In this document: positions 47,719-57,600 of the stretch, piece after piece
Numbering within the stretch: the first letter of the stretch is position 1
Layout: every line of letters starts with the position of its first letter
From: Paenibacillus cymbidii
Lineage (GTDB): Bacteria > Bacillota > Bacilli > Paenibacillales > NBRC-103111
Length of the DNA: 64,000 bases
Reading direction: 5' to 3'
Assembly (NCBI RefSeq): GCF_004764705.1
Contig: NZ_SHLX01000014.1
Span: 90,953 to 154,952 of the forward strand
Program-made: the position numbers and the translations under genes
The notes under the pieces: generated by a model
Database searches by the model: none
Told to the model about the DNA's origin: nothing
What the model saw: the letters and a program-made list of their open reading frames with translations, nothing else

Positions 47719-49554
47719 GTGAGCTTGTTGAAGGAGAACGTCTCGTTCCGCCATCCGGGCGGCCTATTCCGCCGCATCAGCATGCCGCGGAAATGGCTGC
47801 TCGCCTATGTGCTGCTGATCGTCGTCCCGGCGTCGGTCCTGTTTTATTTTTACTATCAGCGATCTTCTTCCGTCCTGAAGCAGGAAGTGACGCGATCGAT
47901 GCAGCAAACGCTGCAACAGGTGGCGCTCAACCTGGGCAACCGGATGGAGCGGGTGGAGGACATCAGCAATTCGGCTATGATGAACTACAACCTGCAGTCC
48001 TATTTGGGCGACGCCAACGGCGACGACTCGATCGGCAAGCAACTGGAAATCGTCAAAGATTTTCGCCAACTGGTCGATTCGATCCAAACGAACGCGGACG
48101 TGTTCAAATTCCGCTTGTTCGTCGATCGGTCGCGTTTGTACGCGGAAGAGCGAATCAATTTTTTTTCGCTGGACAGCCTGGAGGAGCGCCCATGGTATAA
48201 CGACATCATCGAGGGGAACGGCCAAATCGTATGGACTAGCGTCTACAAGGAAACGTTCGTCGACCGCTTCGACGAGCCGGCGCCGTTCATCATCTCCTGC
48301 GCGCGCATGCTGCGCGATCCGTTGGTGTACGATCGGGTTGCCGGCGTCATGATGATCGACGTCAAAGTGAAAACGTTGGCGGATTTTCTTGATAAGCTGA
48401 CGATGACCTGGCAGAGCGCGGTTTATTTGGTCGACGGCAGAGGTACGGTCGTGTACCATCCGGATGAAGCGCGGATCGGCACGACCGTGGATGAACGTAC
48501 CTCCAGCGCCCTCGCAACCGGCAAATCGGTGCAGAAGCTGCTCGGCGGCGCCAAACAAGCCGATTACGTGCTGTCCGCCGCTTTGCCGCTGGCGGGGTTG
48601 CGGGTCGTCGCCGAAATTCCGGCCGCGGAAATCGCCAGCCGCACGCAGAACCAGACGCAGTATACGGGCATCGCCACGTTGCTGGCCATTTTTGCGCTGT
48701 TTCTCGTGCTTGTGTTCGTTTTGCTCGCTTTCATCATCCGGGCCATGAACCGCCGCGTGCAGCAGGTGATCGGCGTGATCCGGCGCGAAGGCATCGAAGG
48801 GTTGACCGATCTGCCGTCCGCCGGCTCCGGCGACTTCGGCATGCTGGAGAGCAGCGTCGACAATCTGGTGCACCGCGTCAGGTCGCTCGTCGAGCAAACG
48901 TACCGGGCGCGCGTGACGGAACGCGAAGCCCAGCTTCGTGCGCTGCAGGCGCAGATCAACCCGCACTTTCTGTACAATACGCTCGACACGATCAATTGGA
49001 TTGCGATCGGTCGCGGCGCCACCGACATCAGCCAGATGATCGACGCACTGGCCAAATATTTCCGCCTGAGCCTGAACGCCGGACGCGACGAAGTCAGCGT
49101 GGAGGACGAGTTGATGCTGGCCAACGTGTATCTGGAGCTGCAGATGACGCGGTTTCCCGGTTCGTTCGAGCTGCAGATCGACGCCGGGGAGGGCGTAGGC
49201 GCGTATGCGATGCCGAAGCTGACGCTGCAGCCAATCGTTGAAAATGCGCTGATGCACGGCATCCGCAAGAAGAAGTCGCGCACGGGCGTCATCCGCATCT
49301 CCGCCGCGATTCGGGGGGAGGAGTTGCTGCTGACCGTATCCGACGACGGCATCGGCATGGATGCGGAGTTGGTCCGGCGGCTGCTTGCCGAGCCGCAGGC
49401 AAAATCCGGCACCGGGCAATCGGGCAGCTCGTACGGTTTGTACAACGTCAACGAACGCATCAAGCTGTATGCGGGCGACAGGTACGGCCTGACCATCGAG
49501 TCCGAGCCGGGCGTCGGCACCACGGTCAGCGTGCGGCTGCAGGCCAGACGCTAG
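47719..49554 (+). CDS. Sensor histidine kinase (YesM-like; two TM helices flanking an extracellular sensor, then HAMP, His-kinase and HATPase domains)
   Basis: …INPHFLYNTLDTINW… (H-box of YesM/LytS type) and …ENALMHGI…GIGM… (N and G boxes). The start is uncertain: GTG 47719, TTG 47725 or ATG 47785. Confidence 0.85.
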   Translation: MSLLKENVSFRHPGGLFRRISMPRKWLLAYVLLIVVPASVLFYFYYQRSSSVLKQEVTRSMQQTLQQVALNLGNRMERVEDISNSAMMNYNLQSYLGDANGDDSIGKQLEIVKDFRQLVDSIQTNADVFKFRLFVDRSRLYAEERINFFSLDSLEERPWYNDIIEGNGQIVWTSVYKETFVDRFDEPAPFIISCARMLRDPLVYDRVAGVMMIDVKVKTLADFLDKLTMTWQSAVYLVDGRGTVVYHPDEARIGTTVDERTSSALATGKSVQKLLGGAKQADYVLSAALPLAGLRVVAEIPAAEIASRTQNQTQYTGIATLLAIFALFLVLVFVLLAFIIRAMNRRVQQVIGVIRREGIEGLTDLPSAGSGDFGMLESSVDNLVHRVRSLVEQTYRARVTEREAQLRALQAQINPHFLYNTLDTINWIAIGRGATDISQMIDALAKYFRLSLNAGRDEVSVEDELMLANVYLELQMTRFPGSFELQIDAGEGVGAYAMPKLTLQPIVENALMHGIRKKKSRTGVIRISAAIRGEELLLTVSDDGIGMDAELVRRLLAEPQAKSGTGQSGSSYGLYNVNERIKLYAGDRYGLTIESEPGVGTTVSVRLQARR

Positions 49555-49589
49555 CGGACAAACCAATCATTCTCCTTTCCCAATGCACC

Positions 49590-50110
49590 TGCCCCCTTAT
49601 GAGCCTGCTTCTTTTGTCAGGTATCCCCTTGACTCAGACCTGAACGGAATATCTTCTTTGGACAGCCCCTTCTGCTCGCTATCCCCTTCGCTCCGTTGGA
49701 ACGGGGTTGTCCTCTCCGGAACTTCCTTTCTGCCCGCTATCCCCTTCGCTCAGACTGGAACCGGGCTGTCCTTTCCGGAACTTCCTTTCTGCCTGCTATC
49801 CCCTTGACTCAACCCCACGCATCAATAACTTTTATCCCATTTCAAGAAATGTACCCCCTACGATGCAGTGACACCATTCAGGTACCCCCCTTCAAACTTG
49901 ATACATCCAAACGTTAACCTGAGCCAAGGGGATAACCAGCAAACACAGCCTTCCATTGACCACCGCCGGCTCGCTCCCTCCTCTTCCCATACACTCACTG
50001 CCGAACCTGCCTGAGCCAATGGGATAACCAACAGTCGCGAACTGCTACTGAGTATACGCGCGCTCGCCGCCGCGCCGGCCTGAGTCAATGGGATAACAAG
50101 CAAATACGTA
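49590..50110. repeat. Non-coding region holding convergent arrays of a 16-18-bp motif (G[CG]TATCCCCTT[CG][AG]CTCAG). There are four direct copies on the + strand at a 57-58-bp period, then three inverted copies.
   Basis: + copies at 49622, 49679, 49737 and 49795 (GGTATCCCCTTGACTCAG / GCTATCCCCTTCGCTCAG). - copies at 49919, 50009 and 50079 (CTGAGCCAAGGGGATAACC…). A further single copy is at 19656-19673. No credible ORF covers the region. Confidence 0.75.
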
Positions 50111-50380
50111 CTTGAGACAGCCACTTTAGCATGGCTTGGCATGTCGGCAAACGAAGGCTGATTTCAGCCTTACAGCAGCATTTTGGTGAGTAGCGGACGA
50201 CATATGACCGATTTCAGCCTTACTGCGGCGCTTCGGGAAGCGTCGGACGTCGAACGTGTTTTTAGGCGGCGGTTAAGTGTGTTTTGCGGTTAAGCTACGA
50301 TCTGCCCCGCAGAGGCACCAGTTTGTCGCCATATTTAGCCATGTTAGCGGCGGATGCCGGGTCAATTCGACGTGACGCTG

Positions 50381-50573
50381 GAATAAGCCATGTTTTATTG
50401 GCTATTTCGCCAAAAAGAAGGACTGCCAACGAAATAGCCAGCGATTTCACTGGCTATTTGGCCGCGGAGCCTGATTTTGGCGCAAGTTGACCCAAATAAC
50501 CAGCGTTTTCACTGGTTATTTCCGGCGGACCGCCGAAAAATGGGCGAATAAGCCATTTTTCATGGCCTATTTC
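50381..50573. repeat. Copy 4 of the four-hairpin repeat element
   Basis: Four units: AATAAGCCATGTTTTATTGGCTATTT, AAATAGCCAGCGATTTCACTGGCTATTT, AAATAACCAGCGTTTTCACTGGTTATTT and AATAAGCCATTTTTCATGGCCTATTT. Spacers are 24, 34 and 25 nt. Confidence 0.8.
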
Positions 50574-50726
50574 TGCGGCGTGGTGCGTGGGGGGCGTGTT
50601 TGTTGAAGAATACGACCAGAAATTAAAGGTTTGCCTTCTACAAGCCCGGACGGCGGCGCCGTTATAATGGCACTATCACGCCGAACCTCCACACCAGTAA
50701 CCAACAACCGAAAGGAGCGCGACAAC

Positions 50727-51692
50727 ATGAGTTTGGCTGCCGAAGAGCCGAACCGACCGGCCGCGCCGGCACGAGCTCGGGCGGAGCGGAAACGGCGCTG
50801 GAAGCTGTTCCGCAACAATTACGAGATGTACGTGCTGCTCCTGCCCGGGCTCGCTTTCCTGCTGCTGTTCAAGTACACCCCGATGTACGGGGTCGTCATC
50901 GCTTTTCAGGACTTCAACATATTCGACGGCATCCGGGGCAGCGCATGGGTCGGCTCGGATCAATTCCAGAAGCTGTTCCATTCCGAGGAATTCATGCAGG
51001 TGTTCCGCAACACGCTCATCATCAGCTTTTACAAAATCGTGCTGCTGTTCCCGGTTCCGATCGTACTGGCCCTGTTTCTGAACGAAGTGGCAAGCATGGC
51101 GTTCAAACGCACGGTGCAAACGGTCGTGTATCTCCCGCATTTTCTGTCCTGGGTCATTATTGCGGGGCTGTTCGTCAACATCCTGTCGCCCTCGGGCGGG
51201 CTCGTCAACCAACTCGTCGTCGCGCTCGGCGGCAAACCGGTATCGTTCCTGATCGACAACGACTGGTTTCGCAGCGTGCTGGTGTTTACGGCGGGCTGGA
51301 AGGAAGCCGGCTGGAACGCGATCATCTTCATCGCCGCCATCGCCGGCATCGATCAGGACCAGTACGAAGCGGCCCGCGTCGACGGCGCCGGGCGAATCAA
51401 GATGATGCTCCACATTACGCTGCCGGGAATCGCGCCGACGATTGTGCTGATGTTCATTTTGCGGATCGGCAATTTGCTGGAGGCCGGTACGGAGCAAATT
51501 TTGACGATGTACAATCCGGTCGTCTACGAAACCGGGGACATCATCGGCACTTACGTCTACCGCGTCGGTCTCGGCAAAATGGACTACAGCTTCAGCACGG
51601 CGGTCGGCTTGTTCAACTCCGTGGTCGGCTTCCTGCTCATCATGTCGGGCAATCTGGTCAGCAAAAAATGGCTGCGTCGCAGCATCTGGTAA
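50727..51692 (+). CDS. Sugar ABC transporter permease (LplB-like, polysaccharide ABC permease)
   Basis: Six-TM MalF-type permease with an EAA loop (…DQYEAARVDGAGRIKMMLHITLP…). The start is ATG after AAAGGAG. The track ORF begins 32 codons earlier. Confidence 0.85.
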   Translation: MSLAAEEPNRPAAPARARAERKRRWKLFRNNYEMYVLLLPGLAFLLLFKYTPMYGVVIAFQDFNIFDGIRGSAWVGSDQFQKLFHSEEFMQVFRNTLIISFYKIVLLFPVPIVLALFLNEVASMAFKRTVQTVVYLPHFLSWVIIAGLFVNILSPSGGLVNQLVVALGGKPVSFLIDNDWFRSVLVFTAGWKEAGWNAIIFIAAIAGIDQDQYEAARVDGAGRIKMMLHITLPGIAPTIVLMFILRIGNLLEAGTEQILTMYNPVVYETGDIIGTYVYRVGLGKMDYSFSTAVGLFNSVVGFLLIMSGNLVSKKWLRRSIW

Positions 51693-51704
51693 GGAGGAGC
51701 AACG

Positions 51705-52583
51705 ATGCGCAAACGGACGAGAGGCGATTGGAGCCTGGACCTGGTTATTTACGGCAGCTTGCTGGTTGCCGCGCTGATCACGCTGCTGCCGTTCGCCAAC
51801 GTTTTGTCGAAGTCGGTCAGCGCGGAATGGGCGGTTGTCTCCGGCAAAGTCGGCATCTACCCGATCGGCTTCCAACTGGAGACGATGAAGTTCGTCGTCA
51901 CTTCCCATGAATTCCAGCATGCTTTTCTGATTTCCGTCCTGGTTACGGTCGTGGGCACGTTGTTGTCGATCCTGATCACGTCGCTCACCGCATACCCGCT
52001 GTCGAAGCGGCACTTGCCCGGCATCGGCGTCATCATGGTGCTGTTCGTGTTCACGATGATGTTCAACGGCGGCATCATTCCGAATTATTTGCTGATGAAG
52101 CAGCTGCATCTGATCAACAGCCTCTGGTCGCTTGTGCTGCCGGCGATGATTAGCGTGTTCAACCTGCTCGTCGTCAAAAGCTATTTCGAAACGGTGCCGG
52201 AAGCGCTGGAGGAATCGGCCCGGATCGACGGCGCGCGCAACCTGACGGTGCTGTTTCGCATCATTCTGCCGATCAGCATGCCGGTGCTGGCGACGATCGC
52301 GCTGTTCTACGCGGTGTATTACTGGAACGATTTTTTCCATCCGATGATGTATTTGAACAGCCCGAACCTGAAGCCGCTGCAGCTTCACCTGCGCGATATG
52401 GTCATGGAAGCGAGCGCTCCGGTGACGACGGCGACCCGGTCGGCCGACGATATTTTGAACGTGTCGACCGAAGGCATTCGCGCCGCCACGATTATCGCGT
52501 CGACGATTCCGATTCTGCTGGTGTATCCGTACTTGCAGAAGTATTTTATCAAGGGCGTCATGATCGGTTCCGTCAAGGGCTGA
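51705..52583 (+). CDS. Sugar ABC transporter permease (LplC-like)
   Basis: MalG-type permease with an EAA loop (…ESARIDGARNLTVLFRIILP…). RBS is AAGGAGGAG. Confidence 0.85.
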   Translation: MRKRTRGDWSLDLVIYGSLLVAALITLLPFANVLSKSVSAEWAVVSGKVGIYPIGFQLETMKFVVTSHEFQHAFLISVLVTVVGTLLSILITSLTAYPLSKRHLPGIGVIMVLFVFTMMFNGGIIPNYLLMKQLHLINSLWSLVLPAMISVFNLLVVKSYFETVPEALEESARIDGARNLTVLFRIILPISMPVLATIALFYAVYYWNDFFHPMMYLNSPNLKPLQLHLRDMVMEASAPVTTATRSADDILNVSTEGIRAATIIASTIPILLVYPYLQKYFIKGVMIGSVKG

Positions 52584-52663
52584 TGGCCCGCTGCCATTAA
52601 TGCGCCAAGTCAAACGCCGGCGCTTAATGATATAGTAAGAATCAGAACAAGGAGGGTTTTTCT

Positions 52664-54241
52664 GTGAAACCAGTCGTCAAACGCACGGCAGCATGGTCGC
52701 TGATTACGGCGATGGCCGTCTCCGCCGCAGCTTGCGGCAACTCGTCCGACAAGTCGTCATCCGGCAATTCCCCCGGCGCGTCGCCTTCCGCTGCGACATC
52801 CGCTTCCGCCGCACCGTCGGCGAAACCGAGCGAAGGGCCCAAGCCGCAGCTTCGTTCGCTACAAATATCGCAAAGCGCCGACTACAACACGTATCCGGTC
52901 GCCAAAGTGCTCGAGGAGAAAACCGGCTATAAGGTGCAATACGACATGCTGCCGGCGGACAAGCCGGAAGACAAGCTGAATTTGCTGATTGCGTCCGGGG
53001 AAGCTTACGACGCGATTACGACGCTGGGCAGCAGCGATGCGAAAGCGCTTTATTCCGACTATGCGAAACGCGGCGCGCTTGTCGATCTCGGCCCGCTTGT
53101 CGACAAGTACGGCCCGAATATTAAAGCGGCCATTTCGCAAGCTTCGCTCGACGCGGCCAAGGTGGACGGCAAGCTGTACGCCATTCCGACCAAATCGCTC
53201 GAATTCAGCGGCTCCGGTCTGATGATCCGGCAAGACTGGCTCGACAAGCTCGGGCTCAAGGCGCCGACGACGACGGACGAACTGACGACAGTCCTGAAGG
53301 CGTTCAAGGAAAAAGATCCGGGCGGCAACGGCGACAAAAACGTGCCGCTGACGATGAAAGGCGAAGTGCCGTTCATCGAAGGCATCGCCGGCGCCTTCGG
53401 GCTGGCGAACGGCTGGAACGACGCAAACGGCAGTCTCGTGCCGCGCGCGCTCGACGCCGGCTACAAGGAGTACGTCAATTACTTGTCCGGCCTGTTCAAG
53501 GACGGCCTGCTGGACAAGGAAGCGGCGATCAACAAGGACGCGAACATGAAGGAGAAGTTCTCGAGCGGCAAAGCCGGCATGGCGCCGATCAACTGGGCCG
53601 ACGTGCCGACCCTTTCCGACGCGTTGAAGAAAGCCGTTCCCGACGCCAAGGTCGTTTACATCCCCGCGCTGAAGGGGCCGAACGGCAAATACGGCTATTC
53701 CGCCACGGCGGGCTTCGATCGCCTGACCTTCATTCCGAAGGCGTCGAAGCACCCGGAGGACGCGGTCAAATGGCTGAACGCCAAGCTCGATCCGGCCACG
53801 TTCAAGCTGATGGCGATCGGCGAAGAGAACAAGCATTATACGTTCAAGGACGGCGCCTATACGCCGATTCTGCCGATCTTCACGGATGAGCGCAACTTCG
53901 CGAACAACTTCCTGATGGGCGTCGACGAGAAAAATTACCCGACGTATTGGCAGGCGCGCGTGCGCAAGGATCCGCGTTTGTTCGAGGCTTGGGAATATTT
54001 GAACGTGAAGCAGCCGGCCGACACGCGCAAAATCGATCCGCTCGGCCTGAGCCCGTACCTGGCCGACTATTCGAAGAACAACCTGTCGCTGAATACGCTG
54101 GTCAACGAACAAACGGTGAAATTCATCGTCGGCGCGGACCCGCTTGCGAACTACGACGCGTTTGCGGCGAAGTACAAGTCGTCGGGCGGCGACGCCAGCG
54201 TCAAGGAAGTCAACGATTGGTACAAGACGGTGAAAAAATAA
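52664..54241 (+). CDS. Extracellular solute-binding lipoprotein of a polysaccharide ABC transporter (LplA-like, ~525 aa)
   Basis: GTG start after GGAGGG. The lipoprotein signal has an AAC lipobox (…AVSAAACGNSS). The large family-1 SBP fold is typical of Paenibacillus sugar-utilisation loci. Confidence 0.85.
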   Translation: MKPVVKRTAAWSLITAMAVSAAACGNSSDKSSSGNSPGASPSAATSASAAPSAKPSEGPKPQLRSLQISQSADYNTYPVAKVLEEKTGYKVQYDMLPADKPEDKLNLLIASGEAYDAITTLGSSDAKALYSDYAKRGALVDLGPLVDKYGPNIKAAISQASLDAAKVDGKLYAIPTKSLEFSGSGLMIRQDWLDKLGLKAPTTTDELTTVLKAFKEKDPGGNGDKNVPLTMKGEVPFIEGIAGAFGLANGWNDANGSLVPRALDAGYKEYVNYLSGLFKDGLLDKEAAINKDANMKEKFSSGKAGMAPINWADVPTLSDALKKAVPDAKVVYIPALKGPNGKYGYSATAGFDRLTFIPKASKHPEDAVKWLNAKLDPATFKLMAIGEENKHYTFKDGAYTPILPIFTDERNFANNFLMGVDEKNYPTYWQARVRKDPRLFEAWEYLNVKQPADTRKIDPLGLSPYLADYSKNNLSLNTLVNEQTVKFIVGADPLANYDAFAAKYKSSGGDASVKEVNDWYKTVKK

Positions 54242-54261
54242 CGGCAGCACACATGGCGCAG

Positions 54262-54296
54262 CCTGCTCCTTTTGGAGAGGCTGCGTTTTTTTGGCT
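54262..54296 (+). terminator. Rho-independent terminator after the SBP gene
   Basis: GCAGCCTGCTCCTTTTGGAGAGGCTGCGTTTTTTTGG. Confidence 0.8.
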
Positions 54297-54517
54297 TATT
54301 TTGGCGAAACAGCGCGGAGGGACCGGAAGAATTGACGAACCGGACCGGATTCTTTATAGTGTATGATTATATAGAATAAATAAAAATTACATGTAATCCG
54401 CCGCAGGTGCAGTTAAAGCCGGCAACGATTGCCACAAGGATGTAAACGCTTGCAATCAAGGTGCCGCCACTCTCGTCATCGGCGAAACATCGCCGTGTTT
54501 CGTGCATTTCGAAACGT

Positions 54518-54570
54518 TTTCGTGGTTATTGAAATAGTCAATCGTTCGGAGGAAGAGGTATAGTAAAGCC
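54518..54570 (+). promoter_or_regulatory. Conserved ~45-bp upstream element (copy A): TTTCGAAACGTTTTCGTGGTTATTGAAATAGTCAATCG, then 24 nt, then TATAGTAAAG
   Basis: It matches 62688-62745 almost base-for-base. A reduced version (AGTCAA-N17-TATAGTAAG) lies upstream of the SBP gene at 52620-52650. Confidence 0.6.
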
Positions 54571-54687
54571 AATCCGGGCGAAAGGAGGGAGCGCATCAAG
54601 GGGACGGACGTCCCGTCTGCGTCGACAGCACGAGCAGCAGCGGAGAATGTCGAACAATCAGCGTTAAAGGAGGACGAATTCGCGACG

Positions 54688-57600
54688 ATGAAACGATGGA
54701 AAAGCAAGCTGGCCGGGCTTCTGGTTTGCATCTTGTTTGCGGGGGTTATCAATGTTTCTTTGATTACGCCGGCAAGTGCGGATAATTCGGATACGGCGGT
54801 ACTGTTTCAAGACGGATTCGAGAACGGGTTCTCGAATTGGACGACACTTGCCGGAACGCCGGCGACGAGCAAGGTGCGCGCCCACAACGGACGCAACAGC
54901 TTCGCCGTCAGTCAGAATCAGCAAGCGATTCAATACAGCCTCGGCAGCAATTCGAATCAAGTGGCCGCGGTTTGGTTTTACGACGACGCGAGCGATTCGG
55001 ACATGGCGGTGATGGCGTTTGCCGACCGCAATGTATCGGTCGTCGGCATCGGGGTCAATACGACGGTCAGCGTGACGAACTACGTGTACCGGATCGGCGC
55101 CAACACGTACGTGTCGACCGCCGCGAGAACGACCGGCTGGCACAGCCTGTCGTACGATTACCGCTCCGGCAGCAAGGCGGTGCTGTACGTGGACGGCGAG
55201 AAGATCGCCGAAACGACGGCGGAAACGTCGTTCAACCGGATCGGGCTGGGCGATTTCTGGGCCGACGGGAAAACGGGAACTGTGTACTATGACGATGTTT
55301 TCGTGCAGAAGCGCCTGCCGTGGGATCCGGAGACAGTCGACCATCCGACGCCGCTGGCTCCGCTGCTGCAGGCGAGCCAGCCGGGCGGCATCACCATCAG
55401 GGACGACTTCGAGAACGGCCTCGGACGCTGGTCCGTCTTGTACGGCGCTCCCGCAACGAGCACGGCTCAAAAACACGGCGGCGCCTCCAGTTATGCCGTC
55501 GCGCAAGACCAGAGCGCCATTCGCTACGATATTGCCAAAACGAATAAAGTCGTCGTCGCCTGGTTCTACGACGATACGTCGAAACCGTCGACGCAAGTGA
55601 TGGCTTATGCCGACGCGTACAGCTCGGCGCTCGCGCTCATCGGCATCGGCGTTCACAGTGCCGCAAGCGTCACGAAATACGTTTACCGGATCGGCACCGA
55701 CGAATCGGTTTCCGCCGTATCGCGGAGCACCGGCTGGCACAGCCTCTCGTTCGATTATCGGTCGGGAACCGGCGTGACCTTGTATATCGACGGCACCCAA
55801 ATTGCCGCCTCGACGGCCGAGGTTGCCGTGAGCCGGATTTCGCTAGGCGATTTCTGGCCGGACGGGAACACGAGCGGCGCCTATTTCGACGACGTCGCCG
55901 TACAGGACTATTTGCCGTGGGAAACGCCGACCGCCCCTGCCGGCATCACATTCATGGACGGCTTCGACAACGGCTTCACCGCCTGGACGACCCAGTTGGG
56001 AACTCCCGCCGCCAGCGCGGATCGGTCGCACGACGGCCGCAACAGCTTCGTTCTGAACCAGAACCAGGTGGCCATCCAGCACAACATGGGATCGAGCTTG
56101 CGCAAGGTCGTCTCCGTCTGGTTGTTTGACGATGCGGCCAACGCCAATTCGACGGCATATGCCTACGTCGACAATTCGTCCGCTGCTGTGGGGCTTGGCG
56201 TCAATACGTCAGTCAGCGGAACGTATTATGTTTCCGCCATCGGCGCAACCGCGGCAACGACCTCCGTCAAGCGCAGCTCCGGCTGGCACCAGCTCGTGTT
56301 CGACTACCGGTCGACGGGCGGCGTCGTGCTGTACATCGACGGGGAGCAAGTCGGCACCACCGCTTCGGTCAATGCATTCAATCGCATCGCGCTGGGCGAT
56401 TATTGGTCGGGCACGACCAGCAACGTCTATTTCGACGACGTCAGCGTCAAGGACGGCCTGCCCTGGGATACGGCAATCGCGCCGTTCGTCGACGGCTTCG
56501 ACGGCGGGCTCGCCTACTGGGCCTCTGCAGCCGGTCATGCGGACACGACGACCATGCGCGCCCATAACGGCAACTTCAGCTATGTGCTGAACGAAGATAC
56601 GGATGCCGTGCAGCATAACATGGGCTACAAAGTGAACAAAGTCGCCGTCGTCTGGATGTACGACGATGCCGAGAAGGATGCGCTGCATGCGGAAGCGCTC
56701 GTCGATCGCGGCGTCACGGCGATCGGTCTCGGCGTCGATACGGGCGTCAGCGCCGCCAACTATGTGTACCATATCGGCGGCACAACCGTCGCTTCCTCCG
56801 TACCACGCAAGACGGGGTGGCACAGCCTCGCCTTCGATTATACGTCCGGAACCGGCGTTACGCTGTACATCGACGGCAAACAAGTCGCCGCTTCGTCTTC
56901 GGAAACCGTGTTCAACCGCATCGCGTTCGGCGATTTCTGGAGCGACGGGGTAACCGGCTATATCGAATTCGACGATGTCGCCGTGCAGGACACCGTTCCT
57001 GCTCCGCCCGGACAGCCGCTGTTCCGCGAAAGCTTCGAATCGGGGCTGACGAACTGGATCGTGCAATCCGGGACGCCGACGCTCGGCACGGCGCAGGCGC
57101 ATGACGGGCAGAAGAGCTTCGCGCTCGATCAGGACGTCGTGATGATCCAGCACAACATGGGCATCTCCGCCAACAAGGTGGCCGTCGTCTGGTTCTACGA
57201 TACGGCCAACAATTCGGCCGTGCAGTCGTACGCCTTCGTCGACAACGGCTCGTCGCTGGTTGCGCTGGGCGCGGTCAGCGCCACAAGCGCGACCCACTAT
57301 ATTTACCGGATCGGCAGCACGCAGAGCGTTTCTTCGGTGCCGCGAACGCCGGGCTGGCACAGCTTCGTCTTCGATTACCGCTCCGGCCGCGACGTAACGC
57401 TGTATATCGACGGCCGCACCGTAACGACGACGACAACGTCGGCATCGTTTACGCGGATCGGGCTTGGCGATTACGGACTCGGCGTCACTTCGAACGGCAT
57501 GTACTTCGACGATGTGACGGTGCAGGACCAGCTTCCGGTCATTCACAGCTTCGACGACGGCTTCGAAGCCGGCTTTGCCAACTGGACGGCAGCGTACGGC

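Noticed and set aside
52859-54250. 463-aa minus ORF
   Set aside because: Antisense shadow of the LplA-like SBP gene.
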